This document shows, one piece after another, positions 60,284 to 64,000 of a stretch of 64,000 nt of DNA (position 1 is the stretch's first letter; each line of letters begins with the position of its first letter). Below the pieces are notes generated by a model, which saw only the letters and a program-made list of their open reading frames with translations, made no database searches and was not told where the DNA came from. The stretch is from IMG/VR virus record IMGVR_UViG_3300022555_000003, positions 32,001-96,000 of that record. One strand, given 5' to 3'. Source of the DNA: a virus. Taxonomy: Duplodnaviria > Caudoviricetes. Made by a program: the position numbers and the translations under genes.

Positions 60284-60343
60284 CATTTTAAATCTCCTTT
60301 TCTAGTACTCTTTAAGTATAGCAAACATAAAAATCATTGTCAA
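60284..60343 (-). promoter_or_regulatory. Early promoter and leader driving the minus-strand cluster
   Basis: TTGACA...TATACT-TAAAGAGTACTAGAAAAGGAGATTTAAAATG. Confidence 0.8.
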
Positions 60344-60381
60344 CGCCTATTCTAAGTCGTTTGTTTTCAGTGCTTAATTCA

Positions 60382-60504
60382 ACACAAAACGTCGTATAAC
60401 GCAGTTTTTAACTGGAGTTGGGGCTCTTATACCAGATATGCCCTAAGAATTGCTTAAATGACGTTTTATTTTGGTTGACTTCTTCTCAACCAAACTGCTA
60501 TACT
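60382..60504 (+). repeat. Palindromic promoter cassette, copy 4
   Basis: CAAAACGTCG...TGACGTTTT, then TTGACT...TATACT. Confidence 0.85.
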
Positions 60505-60510
60505 TAAATT

Positions 60511-60753
60511 ATGCTTATTGAAGTTAAAACTGGTGTGTATGCATCTTTTGAATATGAAAACCAAGTTATTTTTTATCTTGGCAATCCCGCAGGCCCAGAA
60601 TATGAACGTGGGTATGATGGGTTTGATAAAATTATTGGTACATGGAATCCAGTGAATAAGACGGTGACTGTATACTTCAAAGTTGGCAGTATCGACTCAG
60701 AAACAATTGAAAATATCCCGACTTTTTTGGATGCAGTCCCGTTTATGATTTGA
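60511..60753 (+). CDS. Hypothetical early protein
   Basis: ATG 7 nt after the -10 box. Confidence 0.65.
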   Translation: MLIEVKTGVYASFEYENQVIFYLGNPAGPEYERGYDGFDKIIGTWNPVNKTVTVYFKVGSIDSETIENIPTFLDAVPFMI

Positions 60754-60807
60754 CATTTGATTATCAAAACTGCTATACTTAAAGAGTACTAGAAAAGGAG
60801 ATTTAAA

Positions 60808-60975
60808 ATGGGCGATTGGCGTTATAGGCAATGGTTGGTTTCTTATACTATTCCAGGACAATGTTTACAAAAGATGGTTGTGACAGCTGATGGCGTTAAT
60901 ACTGCAAGAGAGCTTGTCAAGGCAATGTTTGGTGGTAAGGTTATCATTGGATATATTGAGGAAGTTAGGAATTGA
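60808..60975 (+). CDS. Small early protein (55 aa)
   Basis: Own promoter and AAGGAG SD; MGDWRYRQW.... Confidence 0.65.
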   Translation: MGDWRYRQWLVSYTIPGQCLQKMVVTADGVNTARELVKAMFGGKVIIGYIEEVRN

Positions 60976-61032
60976 CATTTTGAATTCAAACTGCTATACT
61001 TAAAGAGTAGAGAAATAAACAGGAGATTTAAA

Positions 61033-61353
61033 ATGTTTTTAGTTGGTGACAAAATGAATTACCGTTTTATTGGCTGGTGTCATGATCCAAAAGAAAATCA
61101 CGATAAAGTATGGGCGGTGATTATTATCAACAATAAGTATGGCGATTGTAAAGTTGCAACCATTTGGGGACGACGTGGCAAAACATTACAATCAAAAATT
61201 ATTGAAACTACGTCTTGGGATCTTGATACTTTAGTTAGATCAAAACAAAAGAAAGGCTACGAAAGTTATTCTAAAAGTCAACTAGATAATGTGTATCCAA
61301 ATTTCGAACAGGATTTGGAAATGACAACTAGTTGGGCAATGTTGAAATCATAA
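61033..61353 (+). CDS. WGR-domain protein
   Basis: HDKVW.....ATIWGRRGKTLQSK...KQKKGY. Confidence 0.75.
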   Translation: MFLVGDKMNYRFIGWCHDPKENHDKVWAVIIINNKYGDCKVATIWGRRGKTLQSKIIETTSWDLDTLVRSKQKKGYESYSKSQLDNVYPNFEQDLEMTTSWAMLKS

Positions 61354-61517
61354 TATGAAATACAAAATAGTAGTTTCATGTTATCGATATGTATTAGAAC
61401 AGATGGTAAATGACCATATTAAAGAAGGTTGGATTCCAACTGGCGGAGTCTATATTGAAGAATGCTCTACATCAGGTAGATATGGTCAAGCAATGATAAA
61501 TATGCTGCATAATCAAA

Positions 61518-61823
61518 ATGAAAATTTGTAATATATTAATTAGACATTCTAAAAAACGATCAAACTTTTGGGCAATAGTTGATTGCTCGGGTAACGATTA
61601 TGGTTATAAAAGATATGTTTATGTTTGGGGGAGAGTTGGTCACGCCAGTAGACATTTAGTGAAATTGAGTGACCTACTTTATAATAGAAAACTTCGTAGG
61701 GCCAAATATAATCATAATTATGATGATTTAAGTCCTAGCAATTCAACTTATAATACAATAGTTGATGATATCGGAAAGTATATAACTATTAAAACATTAG
61801 AAGGAAAAATTAAATCTAAATGA
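61518..61823 (+). CDS. WGR-like protein
   Basis: SNFW....YVYVWGRVG. Confidence 0.55.
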   Translation: MKICNILIRHSKKRSNFWAIVDCSGNDYGYKRYVYVWGRVGHASRHLVKLSDLLYNRKLRRAKYNHNYDDLSPSNSTYNTIVDDIGKYITIKTLEGKIKSK

Positions 61824-63133
61824 TGAAACCATGGGAAGTAATTGAACAGTTGGACGCTACGCCATCGCGTACAAATAAAGAAGCAATTTTATTGAGTGAA
61901 GCCAAAGCTAACAATGATGAATTATTTGCTGGATTTATGCTGGCATACAATTCTTTTTTAACATTTGGATTAAAGCAAATTCCAGAAGCTACAGTTGATG
62001 GTCCGGGTATTGATTGGTTTGATTTTTTGAATCTAACTGACCAACTTATTGATCGAAAATTAACTGGAAATGCTGCAAGAGATGCAGTAGAAGTATTGAT
62101 GAAGAAGTCAACTGTCAGGGCTTGGAACAAGTGGTTTCGTCCAATTCTAATCCGTGATATGCGTTGCAGTACATCAGATTCTACAGTTAATAAGGTTGCT
62201 AAGAAATCCAATAAGCCCGAATATGCTATTCCACTATTTGAAGTTCAATTAGCATTTGATGGCGCAAATCACGCAGAAAAGATTGTTGGAAAGAAGATTA
62301 TTCAATCTAAGCTTGATGGTGTTCGTCTTATCACTATTGTGTATCCAACTGGTGTTGTTGAACAGTTTACCAGGAACGGAAAAGTGATGGATAATTTTCC
62401 ACATATCAGAGATCAATTTGCTTCAGTAGCAGATAAAATTGAGGAACCTTGGGTATTTGATGGTGAAATTATGTCTTCATCATTCCAAGATTTGATGAAG
62501 CAAACCCAACGTAAATCAAATATTCAAACAAAAGATTCAATTTTGAATTTGTTTGATTGTTTAAGTTTGGTAGATTTTAAGAAAGGCATTTGCACAGATT
62601 CGCAAGTAGCAAGAGCAGCATGTTTGGATTATTGGTACAATGAATGTAAAGATAAACTGCCAAATGTTAATGTATTGGGATATGAGATTGTCGACCTTAA
62701 TACTGACATTGGTCAAAAGCGATTTAACGAAATTAATAATTTGGCTATTGCTGCTGGGTTTGAAGGAATTCTAATTAAGGATCCCAATGCACCATATGAA
62801 TGCAAACGATCTGTTGCTTGGCTTAAACGAAAGCCGTTTATTACAGTAGATTTGACTGTAGTTGGTATTGAGGAAGGTACTGGTAAGTACGAAAAGATGA
62901 TGGGTGCATTAGTTTGTGAAGGTACCGATCAAAGACGTCTAATCCAAGTAAATGTTGGTAGCGGTTTTACTGACGAAGAACGAGATATTATTTGGAATAA
63001 TCAAAGTAATGTGTTAAATCAAATTGTAGAAATAAAAGCAGACGTAATAACAAAAAATCAAAATGGAACTTATAGTTTGCGCTTTCCACGATTTGAACGT
63101 TGGCGCGGTTTTGAGCCAGGAGAAAAGATGTGA
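61820..63133 (+). CDS. lig: ATP-dependent DNA ligase
   Basis: Motif I KLDGVR, FDGEI, EGILIK, WLKRK, VGSGF, SLRFPRF. Confidence 0.95.
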   Translation: MMKPWEVIEQLDATPSRTNKEAILLSEAKANNDELFAGFMLAYNSFLTFGLKQIPEATVDGPGIDWFDFLNLTDQLIDRKLTGNAARDAVEVLMKKSTVRAWNKWFRPILIRDMRCSTSDSTVNKVAKKSNKPEYAIPLFEVQLAFDGANHAEKIVGKKIIQSKLDGVRLITIVYPTGVVEQFTRNGKVMDNFPHIRDQFASVADKIEEPWVFDGEIMSSSFQDLMKQTQRKSNIQTKDSILNLFDCLSLVDFKKGICTDSQVARAACLDYWYNECKDKLPNVNVLGYEIVDLNTDIGQKRFNEINNLAIAAGFEGILIKDPNAPYECKRSVAWLKRKPFITVDLTVVGIEEGTGKYEKMMGALVCEGTDQRRLIQVNVGSGFTDEERDIIWNNQSNVLNQIVEIKADVITKNQNGTYSLRFPRFERWRGFEPGEKM

Positions 63134-63324
63134 GCGTTAAAGATGGTCCATGGGATGCAAAGTTTACAGCGTCCTTGCTATTAAGTAATTTTGCTGAACA
63201 ATTTACTCCAGAAATTAAACATTATACAATCGAACAAGGTAATTTGATACATTTCTATGCAGATAAAATTGCAAAAGAATTGTGCGAAACACCTGGTAAG
63301 TATAAGTATACAGAAAGAAAATAG
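63130..63324 (+). CDS. Hypothetical protein
   Basis: ORF track. Confidence 0.5.
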   Translation: MSVKDGPWDAKFTASLLLSNFAEQFTPEIKHYTIEQGNLIHFYADKIAKELCETPGKYKYTERK

Positions 63325-63325
63325 T

Positions 63326-63544
63326 ATGTTTGAACAATTAATACAGGAAGGATATTATATCATGGAAGTACCAAAGTTAGCACAAGAAGTTTTTAATGTA
63401 TTTGGAGTAGGAGAAAATTCCAATGGTCCATTGGAAGCTGTCCGACTAGAGATTATTGGCCGTAACTGGCTTAATTTTTGGGCATTGTCTCAAGAAGAGT
63501 ACGAATTCATTAAGTTTCATAATAATTATGTAAATCAGTTCTAA
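63326..63544 (+). CDS. Hypothetical protein
   Basis: Likely start ATG 63326. Confidence 0.5.
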   Translation: MFEQLIQEGYYIMEVPKLAQEVFNVFGVGENSNGPLEAVRLEIIGRNWLNFWALSQEEYEFIKFHNNYVNQF

Positions 63545-63609
63545 AAAGATATTTGCGATCCTCAGTGTGATTTCAAACTATTGATAAATAATAGTAAAGA
63601 GGATCGCGA

Positions 63610-64000
63610 ATGTCTTATATACTCAATAAAACAGATGGTGAAGTTTTAATAACTTTAGCGGATGGTACGATAGATACTTCTACATCATTATCATTGATTG
63701 GTAGAAATGTTTCATCTTATGGCGAACGACAAAATGAAAATTTCATAAAATTACTAGAAAATTTTGCTAATTCGGCAGTGCCGCCAGGAGCAGATTATCT
63801 ATCTGGACAAGTATGGTACGATACTACACTTGGAATAAAGCAATTAAAAGTTTATAACGGATCCAAGTGGCTAGGCATTGGATCAATCACAAAAGCTGCA
63901 CCAGAACCTACCTTACCTATTCGCCCATTGGATCCAAATTCTGCATATTATGATAATGGTGATATGTGGTATAATACAACTACTAGACAATTATATATAA
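63610..64000 (+). CDS. Probable tail/baseplate fibre protein, 5' part (runs off window end)
   Basis: MSYILNKTDG..LADGTIDT..SLSLIGRN...YGE.QNENF.KLLENFA...GQVWYD; GATAAATA at 63583. Confidence 0.75.
   Translation, partial: MSYILNKTDGEVLITLADGTIDTSTSLSLIGRNVSSYGERQNENFIKLLENFANSAVPPGADYLSGQVWYDTTLGIKQLKVYNGSKWLGIGSITKAAPEPTLPIRPLDPNSAYYDNGDMWYNTTTRQLYI

Overview
A 64-kb, AT-rich, densely coding fragment of a large (jumbo-type) dsDNA tailed phage with a T4-related replication/recombination module, probably a myovirus given the PAAR gene. Recognisable core genes: gp32-like SSB, UvsX, UvsY, UvsW, gp41/DnaB-like helicase, a likely clamp-loader small subunit, ATP-dependent ligase, PD-(D/E)XK exonuclease, class II RNR, ThyX-like synthase, dCMP deaminase, PNK-phosphatase and an AdoMetDC-family decarboxylase. 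Six tRNA genes are present. Mobile DNA: two tnpB genes (one in an IS605/IS1341-like element with both end hairpins), an orphan IS right-end hairpin, and HNH, GIY-YIG and degenerate PD-(D/E)XK endonuclease genes. Accessory regions hold tandem paralogue arrays and four copies of a palindromic promoter cassette. A block of Thr-rich G-X-T collagen-like virion genes encloses two glycosyltransferases and an FkbM methyltransferase. The most unusual signals are: (1) two copies of an unrecognised structured RNA with covarying stems, flanking tRNA-Glu ahead of a TerD-domain gene; (2) cassette-like arrays of short genes sharing a 3' DNA motif; (3) a 194-aa DnaE-like core retaining all three catalytic Asp; (4) a GGGAAAG slippery site joining two HNH ORFs; (5) an apparent relic of the nrdJ N-terminus upstream of the GIY-YIG gene; (6) TAAATA motifs placed 5 nt before SD-less ATGs. 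All calls come from motif recognition by eye; no database searches or folding programs were run.
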